From an uncultured Candidatus Saccharibacteria bacterium (GTDB lineage Bacteria > Patescibacteriota > Doudnabacteria > UBA920 > 2-01-FULL-46-14): DNA of 45,433 nt. This document shows, piece by piece, positions 36,285 to 45,171 of the stretch (its first letter is position 1; each line of letters opens with the position of its first letter). Position numbers and translations under genes: made by a program. The stretch is from the NCBI GenBank assembly GCA_964360335.1, contig CAYHVH010000001.1, forward strand, positions 89,426-134,858, read 5' to 3'. The notes under the pieces were generated by a model, which was given only the letters and a program-made list of their open reading frames with translations, did no database searches and was not told the DNA's origin.

Positions 36285-36653
36285 ATGCCAGTACAAACGC
36301 TAGAGGCTCTCCGCTACAGGTTTTTGCAACCCTTGGGCCAAACCGTGCAACAACTCGTGGACGGCCGATTCAAAAGTACGGCACCTCTTGACCGCCCCCT
36401 GAAATGGTTCGGAGCGGTTCTCCCGGAAGAGATCGAGATAATCATGACCATCAGACCCGGGTTTGTTGCGAGCGTAGTGTTTCGGTCTGACCGAACCGCC
36501 ATACTGGATCATTCCGGATTCAGATTCCATAGCTCTTGGTCGGTCATTGCCCGCCAGATTGCAACCTTGATCGACCAGAACGGTCTCTGCCGTAACCCTC
36601 ATTATGGCCTCGGTGAGATCTTTAGATTAAAGGATGCCGCGGCGAAGCTCTAG
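36285..36653 (+). CDS. Hypothetical 122-aa protein
   Basis: AAGGAGGAG upstream; downstream hairpin plus T-tract. Confidence 0.55.
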   Translation: MPVQTLEALRYRFLQPLGQTVQQLVDGRFKSTAPLDRPLKWFGAVLPEEIEIIMTIRPGFVASVVFRSDRTAILDHSGFRFHSSWSVIARQIATLIDQNGLCRNPHYGLGEIFRLKDAAAKL

Positions 36654-36756
36654 CTCCAGGTTCCTCCATCAGGGTCGGCTCAAATCCCGACCCGTGCTTT
36701 TTGTTGGCAAGCCTTAACTTGACAGTTTTCTGTCTGTTTTCTATCATAAGTCTGTC

Positions 36757-36837
36757 ATGAAGAATCATCTGAATAACTGGTTTGCTTGGTATGTTGCTGG
36801 CCTGGTTGCGGGTTCAGGTGATTTTACGTTTGCCTAA
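36757..36837 (+). pseudogene. 26-codon ORF resembling a LAGLIDADG motif remnant
   Basis: MKNHLNNWFAWYVAGLVAGSGDFTFA directly after TTGACA-17 bp-TATCAT (36719-36747). Confidence 0.35.
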
Positions 36838-36991
36838 GGGGATAGCCTAGAAGCAAAAAACAAAACGTAAACCTGGCCCGCCAAAGGGCCAGGTTTTTAG
36901 TTGCACCTTGAAAACCTTTTTGGTTTGCTTCTGGAATGAAGTTTCGGGTTGATTCCAGATTGAACCCAAAAAGAAGAAGGAGGAATCAAAG

Positions 36992-37225
36992 ATGCAAGCG
37001 CATGAGCTGACAGCCCTGAGGCAAATGTTTCCGTGGTTCGATATCGAGAAAACGGAGCGTTGTAGCTGTGGGTGGAGCGGCACGCTTAGAGAATTGGGAG
37101 TTTCGCACATGTTTCCAGGAGAGTTTCCACGAGCTTTGGAATGCCCTTCGTGTCACGCAATTTTGGTGGACTGTCTTACCCTTTTGTTTTTGCAAAAGCA
37201 GATTTCCAGCCATCAACGGAATTAA
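36992..37225 (+). CDS. Small Zn-ribbon-like protein
   Basis: CSCGW...CPSC; AAGGAGG RBS. Confidence 0.6.
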   Translation: MQAHELTALRQMFPWFDIEKTERCSCGWSGTLRELGVSHMFPGEFPRALECPSCHAILVDCLTLLFLQKQISSHQRN

Positions 37226-37281
37226 TCTATTCCGGATTGATTCCAGATCAAGCCCAAAAACGAGAAAAGGAGGACAACCAA

Positions 37282-37455
37282 ATGTGTGGTGGATTCCATG
37301 AAGCACGGCCCGCAGTAAAGGGGGAGGGGAAGTCCGAGGTCGGATCAAATACGGACGGCCCTGGCCGATTCGTTAATCCGTTTGACCAGCCAGATAATAT
37401 TTCTCATGATCCTGATCCGGCCGGGAGCCCCAAAGAGCAGGGAGGTGAAATGTGA
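37282..37455 (+). CDS. Hypothetical 57-aa protein
   Basis: AAGGAGG RBS; stop overlaps the next start (GTGA). Confidence 0.5.
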   Translation: MCGGFHEARPAVKGEGKSEVGSNTDGPGRFVNPFDQPDNISHDPDPAGSPKEQGGEM

Positions 37456-37691
37456 GCAGACTAAGAACTCGTCATCCCGATGTTACCGCCGTTTTCCAAA
37501 AATGGGGACTAACCTTGGTTTGTAAATGCGGAGGCGTTGTGGATAGGACGACTTGGATACCAGAGGATGAAAGGATGTCCCAGCATGTCTGCCGGAAGTG
37601 TGGTGCGGTTTACTACGGCAACGAGATTTTTCCCTTGGAGCTGGAGCCAACTCCCTCGGTTTCCGGGGCCCTGTCATCCGTCGGACCCTAG
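37452..37691 (+). CDS. Small Zn-ribbon-like protein
   Basis: CKCGG...CRKC; GGAGGTG RBS. Confidence 0.55.
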   Translation: MSRLRTRHPDVTAVFQKWGLTLVCKCGGVVDRTTWIPEDERMSQHVCRKCGAVYYGNEIFPLELEPTPSVSGALSSVGP

Positions 37692-37726
37692 AGGTTTTGT
37701 CCACACGTATCTCCTCCATCTACCTC

Positions 37727-37763
37727 GGGCGAGGACCAGTCACTGGTTCTCGCCCTCTTTTTT
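37727..37763 (+). terminator. Intrinsic terminator
   Basis: GGGCGAGGACCAG-TCA-CTGGTTCTCGCCC plus T-tract. Confidence 0.75.
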
Positions 37764-37811
37764 ATTTGTTATAATAAAAATATCCATTTTGAAAGCATAA
37801 AGGGGGAGATA

Positions 37812-39221
37812 ATGTGCGGATTGGTTGGAGTGGTCGGAGACTCGCAAGATGGCGCAGGCGCGGCTATTGACATGCTCTTAAGCCTACTCAATCGTGGGCC
37901 CGAGTCGTTGGGTTTTGTGGTATCGGGAAGAACGGGTGTCAGCCACGTGCCTGCTAATGACTTGTTGAGCAACAAAGACATGGAAGTGAGCGCAGTCCAG
38001 CAGCAGCTGCACGGAGGTTCTATCATCAGCGGTCATGGCCGTTACTCAACCTCTGGTAGCAAAGATTTAATTCCCACCCCGCTTGTTTGGGGTACCGCAG
38101 CCAGTGGGAGGTTTGCCCTGGCGCATAACGGCACCCTTGAAAACTGGGAGGAACTGAATCACAGGTATGGTATTTCAACCATACTTGACTCTCAAACGGC
38201 GCTTGAGATAATCGCTCACAAATGGCAATCCGGCTTGTCGTTCGAGCAAGCTTTACTAGAGGCACTGCCGGAGTTTGTGGGGGCTTATTCCTTTCTTATT
38301 CAGACTCGAGATGCGCTTTATGCGGTTCGCGATCCACGGGGTTTTCGTCCCCTCTGTTTGGGAAAGCGCAATGGGGCATGGTTGTTTGCCTCGGAGACCA
38401 TTGCGCTTGAAAAGGTGGGAGCCCAAATTGAGAGAAATATCGAGCGGGGCGAGGTTCTGCGCTGTACCACGAATGGGCTGGAAACTATCGCCACTTTGCC
38501 TAGGGGAGAGGGTGAGCATTACTGTATCTTCGAGCATGTTTACTTCTCTCGCCCTGATTCTTTGGTTTTAGGGACGGCAAGGAGAGACGACGGTCTTTCA
38601 AAGCAGGTGGCAAACTACCGGATTGCTATGGGAGAAAGGCTCGCCCAAGAACATCCAGTGATTACTGCGTACCCAAGGGACCGAATAGTTATCGTACCTG
38701 TGCCAGACTCTGGGAATTACGCCGCTGAAGGGTTTGCTCGTGAATCAGGACTTCCGCTGAGCAGAGGGCTGGTCAGGGATATCAATATCGGGCGGACCTT
38801 CATGCAGAAATGCGACCACGCCCGAGCTATCGGTGTCCGACGGAAACTGAGTGTTATCACAAGGCTGATAACCGGCATGGTAGTCGTCTTGGTTGACGAT
38901 TCCATTATGCGCGGTTTCACCAGTCATAAAATCGTGCACATGGTGCGGGCAGCTGGTGCGGCTGAAGTACATATGCGCATTTCCTGTCCGCCGACCAGGT
39001 GGCCGTGCCGTTATGGTGTGGACTTTCCGACTCGCGAAGAGCTTGTGGCCGCGCGGCTCTCGGTCGAAGAAATCCGGGAGTCCATCAATGCTGATTCGCT
39101 CGGCTATCTCTCCCTCGAAGACCTCAGGGCAGCCTGTGAAGAAGGACCCTTACCGAGATACTGTACGGCCTGCTATACGGGAGAGTACCCGACGAGCCAG
39201 GAGCACCTCGTCCAACTTTGA
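37812..39221 (+). CDS. purF: Amidophosphoribosyltransferase
   Basis: N-terminal MCG, GHGRYSTSG, AHNG, RDPRGFRPL, CIFEHVYFSRPDS, VDDSIMRG and CTAC motifs. Confidence 0.93.
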   Translation: MCGLVGVVGDSQDGAGAAIDMLLSLLNRGPESLGFVVSGRTGVSHVPANDLLSNKDMEVSAVQQQLHGGSIISGHGRYSTSGSKDLIPTPLVWGTAASGRFALAHNGTLENWEELNHRYGISTILDSQTALEIIAHKWQSGLSFEQALLEALPEFVGAYSFLIQTRDALYAVRDPRGFRPLCLGKRNGAWLFASETIALEKVGAQIERNIERGEVLRCTTNGLETIATLPRGEGEHYCIFEHVYFSRPDSLVLGTARRDDGLSKQVANYRIAMGERLAQEHPVITAYPRDRIVIVPVPDSGNYAAEGFARESGLPLSRGLVRDINIGRTFMQKCDHARAIGVRRKLSVITRLITGMVVVLVDDSIMRGFTSHKIVHMVRAAGAAEVHMRISCPPTRWPCRYGVDFPTREELVAARLSVEEIRESINADSLGYLSLEDLRAACEEGPLPRYCTACYTGEYPTSQEHLVQL

Positions 39222-39267
39222 TCTTTGACCGCCAGTTTGGGAGTGGCGTGGCAGAAAGTTTGCCGCG

Positions 39268-41559
39268 TCACTCCTTTTCTTTTTCTTTTGTTTCTCCGGC
39301 CTGCCCGCTCTGCCCTGGATACTTCCAAGTCGCGTAGTCGCATTTCGGATAGCGGTTGCAGCCCCAGAAAGTTCGGCCTTTTCTGGTGCGCTTTTCAACG
39401 AGTTGTCCTTCGCCGCACTGGGAACAAGCCACTCCAGTGTTTTTTTCAATTTTTTCAACGTGTTTGCATTCCGGGTAGCGGGAGCAACCCAAGAAATAGC
39501 CGAATTTGCCGCGGCGGACCAGAAGTTCGCCTTGAGCGCAGGTGGGGCACTTCTTGCCGCCGTTCTCGGCCTGCAGCTTTTTCTGTATCGCTTCGTCTTC
39601 CGGCAGAGGCTTGGTCCCTTTGCAGTTGGGGTAGTCAGAGCAGGCCAGAAACTGGCCGAAGCGCCCGAATTTTTTAAGCATGGGCTTGCCGCAAATCGGG
39701 CAGGGAATATCCGTTTGTTCCTGATGCTTTTCCACTGTAATTTTCTTTTCTTCCAGGTGCGATTTGAAGGGTTTGTAAAATTCGTGAATCACGGGCTGCC
39801 ATTTGAGCTTTCCTGCGGCAATGTCATCAAGCTCTTCTTCCATGTGGGCCGTAAATTGAAAATCCACAATCTCGGGAAAGTGTTCTACCAAGAGGTCGTT
39901 TACAATAGTGCCGATTTCGGTGGGGAAAAACTTTCGCTCTTTCCGGGTTACATAGTCACGTTCAATAATGGTGGAAATTGTCGGCGCATAAGTTGACGGC
40001 CGGCCGATGCCATATTCCTCGAGCGTTTTGACTAAGCTGGCGTCGGTGTAGCGTGGCGGCGGTTCCGTGAAGTGCTGTTTACCCTCCACGCCGAGACTCG
40101 TGAGAGACTCATGGGCTTTAAGCTTTGGCAGCTGCCCTTCCGGAAGCTCTTCCGTACTTTCTGTTTCATCCCGCCCCTCGGTGTAGATTTTGATGAAACC
40201 GTCAAATTTCAGGACTTGCCCGGTGGCGCGGAAAAGGTATTTACCGTTTTTACCCTCTCCCCTGGCGAGGGGAGAGTAGGAGAGAGGTTGCCGGCTTGGC
40301 GATGGTTCGACCTCTCCCTTCATCCCTCCCCACGCCTGGGGAGGGAGATCAGCCATAATATCCACAGTCGTTTGGTCAAAAACTGCCTCCGGCATTTGGG
40401 AAGCGAGCGTGCGCTTGAAGATGAGGTCGTAAAGTTTGGCTGATGGTACCTCCAGCGTGCCCTCCAGAAGTTCCGGGTCTTTCATGAGGTCGGTGGGGCG
40501 GATGGCTTCGTGCGCTTCCTGCGCGCCTTTGCTTTTGGTTTTATAGCGGCGCGGGGAGGGGAGCGCGTAGGCCTGGCCAAACTTTTTAGAAATCACTTCC
40601 TGGGCCTGCCGCAGAGCGCTTTCGGCGAGATTGACCGAGTCCGTGCGCATGTAGGTGATATAACCCGTTTCGTAGAGTTCCTGGGCGAACATCATGGTTT
40701 GTTTGGCCGTGAATCCCAGTTTGCGCGCCGCTTCTTGCTGGAGCGTGGAGGTCGTAAACGGAGCGGCCGGGAAGCGGCGGGCTTCTTTTTCTTTAACCTC
40801 TATAATTTGGTATTTTGCTCCTTGCAGCTCGCCGACAATCTTGTCGGCTTTGGCCTTTGTACCAATATCAAACTTTTTCAAAGTTACCCCGTTCACTTCG
40901 TGGAGTTTGGCCAGAAACGCCTGATTGTCCGGTTCGCCGCCCTTTTTCAGCTTCGCCTCAATCGTCCAGTATTCTTGCGCCTTGAATTTCTCAATTTCCC
41001 TTTCCCGCTCGACAATCAGCCGGAGTGCCACAGACTGGACCCGGCCGGCGGAAAGACCGCGCCGCACTTTTTTCCATAAGAAGGGTGAGAGTTCGTAGCC
41101 TACGAGCCGATCCAGGATGCGGCGGGCCTGTTGGGCATCTACCAGTTTGAGGTCAATCTCGCGGGGATGTTTCAGCGCTTCTTCGATGGCTGGCTTGGTG
41201 ATTTCATGAAACACAATCCTTTGTACTAATTTTGATTTTTGATTTTTGATTTTTGATTTCGCAAGCTCCAGGGCTTGCGTGAGGTGCCAGGCGATCGCCT
41301 CGCCCTCCCGGTCCTCGTCAGTGGCGAGAATCACTTCCGGGGCTTTGCTGGCGAGTTTTTTGAGAGCGGACACGCGTTTTTGGGCCGTTTTCGGTACCAC
41401 ATATTCCGGCTCGAAATTATTCTTGAGGTCAACTCCCATTTTACTTTTCGGCAGATCGCGAATGTGGCCAAAAGAGGATTCGATTCGGTAGTCCTTGCCC
41501 AAAAATTTACTTATCGTCTTTGCTTTAGTCGGTGATTCAACGATGATTAATTTTGTCAT
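39268..41559 (-). CDS. topA: DNA topoisomerase I (type IA) with three C-terminal Zn ribbons
   Basis: IVESPTK, ATDEDREGE, SAGRVQS, ITYMRTDS and GIGRPSTY motifs. Confidence 0.98.
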   Translation of the reverse strand: MTKLIIVESPTKAKTISKFLGKDYRIESSFGHIRDLPKSKMGVDLKNNFEPEYVVPKTAQKRVSALKKLASKAPEVILATDEDREGEAIAWHLTQALELAKSKIKNQKSKLVQRIVFHEITKPAIEEALKHPREIDLKLVDAQQARRILDRLVGYELSPFLWKKVRRGLSAGRVQSVALRLIVEREREIEKFKAQEYWTIEAKLKKGGEPDNQAFLAKLHEVNGVTLKKFDIGTKAKADKIVGELQGAKYQIIEVKEKEARRFPAAPFTTSTLQQEAARKLGFTAKQTMMFAQELYETGYITYMRTDSVNLAESALRQAQEVISKKFGQAYALPSPRRYKTKSKGAQEAHEAIRPTDLMKDPELLEGTLEVPSAKLYDLIFKRTLASQMPEAVFDQTTVDIMADLPPQAWGGMKGEVEPSPSRQPLSYSPLARGEGKNGKYLFRATGQVLKFDGFIKIYTEGRDETESTEELPEGQLPKLKAHESLTSLGVEGKQHFTEPPPRYTDASLVKTLEEYGIGRPSTYAPTISTIIERDYVTRKERKFFPTEIGTIVNDLLVEHFPEIVDFQFTAHMEEELDDIAAGKLKWQPVIHEFYKPFKSHLEEKKITVEKHQEQTDIPCPICGKPMLKKFGRFGQFLACSDYPNCKGTKPLPEDEAIQKKLQAENGGKKCPTCAQGELLVRRGKFGYFLGCSRYPECKHVEKIEKNTGVACSQCGEGQLVEKRTRKGRTFWGCNRYPKCDYATWKYPGQSGQAGETKEKEKE
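40253..40347. repeat. CCCTCCCC-family palindromes (two, inverted), in frame in topA
   Basis: Encodes LPPQAWGGMKGEVEPSPSRQPLSYSPLARGEG; 40304-40345 matches the reverse complement of 32239-32280 at 40/42. Confidence 0.85.
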
Positions 41560-41909
41560 TGTTTTTGTCCCGATCCCGACACTAAGTGTCGCGGATCGAG
41601 GATCCTCGATTTTGTTCTAAATTTAAATAGTCTTTCAATAGCTTTGCGACTTTTCCACTTTTTTATTTGTAATTCTCTCTTTCTTGCATCCTTCAAGCTT
41701 GCAAAGCTTTCGTAGCAAACAATTCTCCACGGTATATCAAATTTTGTCGATTTTACAACCCCAGAATTATGTTGTTTTAATCGTTGAACATAATCGTTCG
41801 CGCATCCAACGTAATACTTTCCAGACTTGAGCGATTTTAATATGTAGCAATAAAATTTAGACAAAATCGGGACCTTGGTTGGTGATTCGACAATCACGAG
41901 TTTGCTCAC
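41556..41909 (-). CDS. Small GIY-YIG nuclease fused to a copy of the TopA N-terminus
   Basis: CYIL...YYVG, RLKQHN, STK and RELQIK motifs; begins MSKLVIVESPTK. Confidence 0.9.
   Translation of the reverse strand: MSKLVIVESPTKVPILSKFYCYILKSLKSGKYYVGCANDYVQRLKQHNSGVVKSTKFDIPWRIVCYESFASLKDARKRELQIKKWKSRKAIERLFKFRTKSRILDPRHLVSGSGQKQ
41567..41873. mobile_element. AT-rich GIY-YIG cassette bounded by GTCCCGAT/ATCGGGAC inverted repeats
   Basis: 8-bp IR at 41567-41574 and 41866-41873; lies between two topA 5' ends. Confidence 0.6.
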
Positions 41910-41993
41910 CCCGTTAGAAATCCTGGAAGTTTATAGAGTAAAAAATGCATTTTTTAGTTTTAGCTCGTTAGATAAGAAAAGATTTCTAACAGG
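41909..41993. mobile_element. MITE-like 85-bp element
   Basis: CCCGTTAGAAATC/GATTTCTAACAGG ends flanked by GCTCA direct repeats (41904-41908, 41994-41998). Confidence 0.55.
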
Positions 41994-42010
41994 GCTCATA
42001 GCCCTAAGTT

Positions 42011-42763
42011 TTATTTGGTTTTGTGTTTCTTGTCAAGGGTTTTGCGAAAAACTTTGAGGAGCGGAGCGTATAAATCTTCGGTTTCAGGTACGAGCCAGTC
42101 GCGGTACGAGTCCTTGCTCGAAAATTTTGCTTCTTGGCACCCACGGATTAGAGCCAGCGGGGTTTGCTCGTTGCTTTCGCCAATCACCAGGGGCGCGGCG
42201 GCCGCTAACGAATCAATGAGATTAACCTGCGTATGTCTCAGTGCGGCGCCAAAAATACTGCGTTTTCCCGTGTAATCTAAAAGCGGTTCAATACCATAAA
42301 ATCCCAGCGCCACTCCCACGGTCCCGCGCCGCAGCGGTACTGTATGGCTGTCGGTTATAATCACCCCAAGATTTATGAGTTTAAATTTATGTCTCAAATA
42401 CCGCCAGATCGCTTTTGCGGCTTTTACAGGATTTTTGGGCCAGAGGATGTAGTAGCCACGACCATTGCTGGAATCAATGCCGGAAGAGGAGATGAGGGTA
42501 TGGGTTTTGATGGTGAGGAGCGCTAACCTTCCCGGCACTCGACGGCGTGGTATGTATTTTTCGGCTTCGTTGAGGATTAATTTATCTTTGTTGAGACCTT
42601 TTGTGATTTTGACGCACCGTCCCTGGTGTACGCTTACCACTTTTGAGGTTACCAGCAAAATATCGCCTTCGCGAAGTTTGGGAAGTGATTCGTCGAGCAC
42701 GGCGAACAGATCATCTTTGGGCGGCCGCATCGCCCGGGTTTTGACAGGAATAAACCGCATCAT
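42011..42763 (-). CDS. CofE-like gamma-glutamyl ligase (F420-0:L-glutamate ligase family)
   Basis: TSKVVS..QG, SGIDSSN, GVIITDSH..PLRRG and GESNEQTP motifs. Confidence 0.85.
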   Translation of the reverse strand: MMRFIPVKTRAMRPPKDDLFAVLDESLPKLREGDILLVTSKVVSVHQGRCVKITKGLNKDKLILNEAEKYIPRRRVPGRLALLTIKTHTLISSSGIDSSNGRGYYILWPKNPVKAAKAIWRYLRHKFKLINLGVIITDSHTVPLRRGTVGVALGFYGIEPLLDYTGKRSIFGAALRHTQVNLIDSLAAAAPLVIGESNEQTPLALIRGCQEAKFSSKDSYRDWLVPETEDLYAPLLKVFRKTLDKKHKTK

Positions 42764-42908
42764 TTTACGAATTACCTATCCGCCAACGCAGGGCGGGAGG
42801 TTTATAATTAAGCGCCAGTTTATACATATTTGGCATCAGCAGAGAGAGAAGCGCTGGCAGGCGGGCAAATCGTTACCTGCCTGCGGCAGGCAGGCGAATA
42901 TACGTATA

Positions 42909-43979
42909 CTAAAATACTATAATATCAGAATCAAGGTTGATTTTTCTTAGGATGTTTGGTTTTTCCTGGTCGTTCGCCAACCTCGGACAGCAGTAATTTT
43001 CGATAATCACTGGCAGGAGTTCGGCTGATTTTAGCTCTTGATTTTCAAAATTCAGTTTTACCATCAACCCTTCCCGCGTTTCCTGGCTCCACATCTGGTC
43101 AAAGACAAAATTGCCAAGGGAGTAAAAGATTATTCCTTGTCGTTTGGTTTCGACCTCTCCCCAGCCCTCCCCATCTCCTGGGGAGGAGGGTTGAGGAGAG
43201 TATATCTCCACTGGCTGTATCCAATGGGGGTGATGCCCAATTACGATATTAGCTCCCGCATCTATGGCGGCGTGGGCAAAGTCAATTTGGTTTTGGTTCG
43301 GAGCTCGTGTGTACTCCGTGCCGGCGTGCATGCTTACGACGACAACGTCGGAGCGGGTTTTTAGGGTCGCGATGTCTGTTTGCAGCTTCTGAAGGTCATA
43401 GGCTGAGGCGATTTGCGGATGAGTGCTTTTACCGCCGTCGTTTTTGGCTGTGTAACTGTAACCCAGAAATCCGATCTTGACTCCGTCTCTTTCAATTACC
43501 GGCCAATCGTTGGTGTCTAATTCCATAGAATCGGATAGTACAGTGCCCACCGGCAAGATATTTTGGGACAGGAGATGATTGATAGTAAACTCCAACCCCT
43601 CGATTCCTTGATCGAGCATATGGTTATTAGCTGTCGATAATACGTCAAAGCCAGCATTAATTAGCCCCGCCAGATATTTGGTCGGACAGCGAAAAATCAG
43701 ACCTTCGCGGATGGGGTTTGGGTTCTCGGATAGCGGGCATTCGAGATTACCAAAAGTAATGTCAGCGTCTTTGAGGAGCGTTTGCAGATTGTTAAAGGGG
43801 AGATTCGAGTCGCCATTTTTTTCGATTTGGGCGGCGACCTGCCTGGTTAATAAAATGTCGCCTACCGCCAGGAGCGATGTTTTAGTCGGCAATTGGGGAG
43901 CTTCCGGTGCCGTAACCTGGTGAGGCAGGAGGAAGAACAGGACCAAAAACAGTATTAGTATAATTGGTATCATTCGCAT
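42909..43979 (-). CDS. CapA family metallophosphatase-fold protein
   Basis: VGDI, GNLE, ANNH..D, HAGTEY, GHHPH and YSLGNFVFDQ motifs. Confidence 0.9.
   Translation of the reverse strand: MRMIPIILILFLVLFFLLPHQVTAPEAPQLPTKTSLLAVGDILLTRQVAAQIEKNGDSNLPFNNLQTLLKDADITFGNLECPLSENPNPIREGLIFRCPTKYLAGLINAGFDVLSTANNHMLDQGIEGLEFTINHLLSQNILPVGTVLSDSMELDTNDWPVIERDGVKIGFLGYSYTAKNDGGKSTHPQIASAYDLQKLQTDIATLKTRSDVVVVSMHAGTEYTRAPNQNQIDFAHAAIDAGANIVIGHHPHWIQPVEIYSPQPSSPGDGEGWGEVETKRQGIIFYSLGNFVFDQMWSQETREGLMVKLNFENQELKSAELLPVIIENYCCPRLANDQEKPNILRKINLDSDIIVF
43149..43200. repeat. CCCTCCCC-family palindrome, in frame in capA
   Basis: TTCGACCTCTCCCCAGCCCTCCCC...; encodes SPQPSSPGDGEGWGEVE. Confidence 0.75.
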
Positions 43980-44002
43980 GCATTCGTATATTGGTACCGC
44001 AT

Positions 44003-45094
44003 TTACCTGCTTTTAACATATTGAATACCGCCAGCGTTTCTGACTTTGCCTTTCATCTCCATAATCGTCAGGGCGGCGGCCAGGGAGGCCGCGGGCAGCT
44101 CAAGCTCTCGAGCGATTTGGTCGAAATGCTTGGGTTGGCGCGTCAGACAGGCGAGGATTTTCTGTTCTCCCTCATTCTCGGCCGTAATTTCGGGAACCGC
44201 CATCTCTTCCTGCAAGTCGCCGAGGTTTAAATCCTCGAGAATGTCGGCGGCAGTAGTCACGGGTTTTGCTCCCATTTTCAAGAGATTGTTGGGTCCTGCC
44301 GAACCCGGGTTGTAGATCGAGCCGGGCACCGCAAAGACCTGTCGGTTTTGTTCCAAGGCGTGAGTAGCGGTGATGAGCGCCCCCGAATCAGTAGCCGCCT
44401 CGATGACCACAGTTCCCCAGGCCAAACCAGAGATAATCCGGTTGCGGTGCGGAAAGTGGTGCTTCAAAGGCGGGGTGCCCAAGGGCAGCTCGGACAGAAT
44501 CGCTCCGTGACCGGATAAAATTTTCTCGGCGATGATCCGGTTGTTGGCCGGATAAATACTGTCCAAGCCGCAGGCCAGGACGGCAACGGTTCGGCCGTCG
44601 AACTCCACCGCCGTTCGGTGGGCCAGGGCGTCTATGCCCAAGGCCAGCCCGGAGACTACGGTGAGATTGGCCCGCACCAAATCGCGCACCAAATCGTAGA
44701 CGACTTGTTCTCCGTAGGGGCTCGTTTTCCGGCTGCCGACAACGGCGATGGCCTGCTGGTCGCGGGCCAGGAGTTCTCCCAGCAGATACAAAACCATGGG
44801 CGGATTGGGAATTTCTTTGAGAAGGGGCGGATAGTTCTGGTCGAGAAAGGTCAAAAGCTTGATATTTTTGCTTTCCAATTTGGCGAATTCCGCTTCCGGA
44901 TCAATCTCCCGGCGGCGCAGCAGGAGCTCTTGGATAATCGGTTCCTCTAGCCCGGTTTGCAACAGTTCCGAGGCTGTGGCCTGCCAGGCGGTTTTGAGCT
45001 CCGGGAAGAAATTCAAGAGCCGGCGGAGCCGGACCGAGCCGATTTGGCTCATTTGGTTGAAAGCGTTGAAGTAAATTTGGTTTTGGTTTGGCAT
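44003..45094 (-). CDS. dprA: DNA-processing protein DprA
   Basis: AVVGSRK, VSGLALGID, FPHRNRIISGL, SGALITA and VFAVPG motifs. Confidence 0.96.
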   Translation of the reverse strand: MPNQNQIYFNAFNQMSQIGSVRLRRLLNFFPELKTAWQATASELLQTGLEEPIIQELLLRRREIDPEAEFAKLESKNIKLLTFLDQNYPPLLKEIPNPPMVLYLLGELLARDQQAIAVVGSRKTSPYGEQVVYDLVRDLVRANLTVVSGLALGIDALAHRTAVEFDGRTVAVLACGLDSIYPANNRIIAEKILSGHGAILSELPLGTPPLKHHFPHRNRIISGLAWGTVVIEAATDSGALITATHALEQNRQVFAVPGSIYNPGSAGPNNLLKMGAKPVTTAADILEDLNLGDLQEEMAVPEITAENEGEQKILACLTRQPKHFDQIARELELPAASLAAALTIMEMKGKVRNAGGIQYVKSR

Positions 45095-45136
45095 TCTGAT
45101 TCCAGACCTTCTTGTTATTGATTGGTAAGGGAGAGT

Positions 45137-45165
45137 TGACAGCCGGCCAGGAATTTGCTAAAATT
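45137..45165 (+). promoter_or_regulatory. Sigma70 promoter facing a non-coding structured region
   Basis: TTGACA-17 bp-TAAAAT with TGn extension. Confidence 0.7.
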
Positions 45166-45171
45166 CTTCTC

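Noticed and set aside
37282-37455. Small ORF starting MCG as a duplicated purF start, analogous to topA
   Set aside because: Similarity is limited to three residues
35615-37763. Prophage
   Set aside because: ORFan-rich, but no integrase, terminase, capsid or replication gene is recognisable
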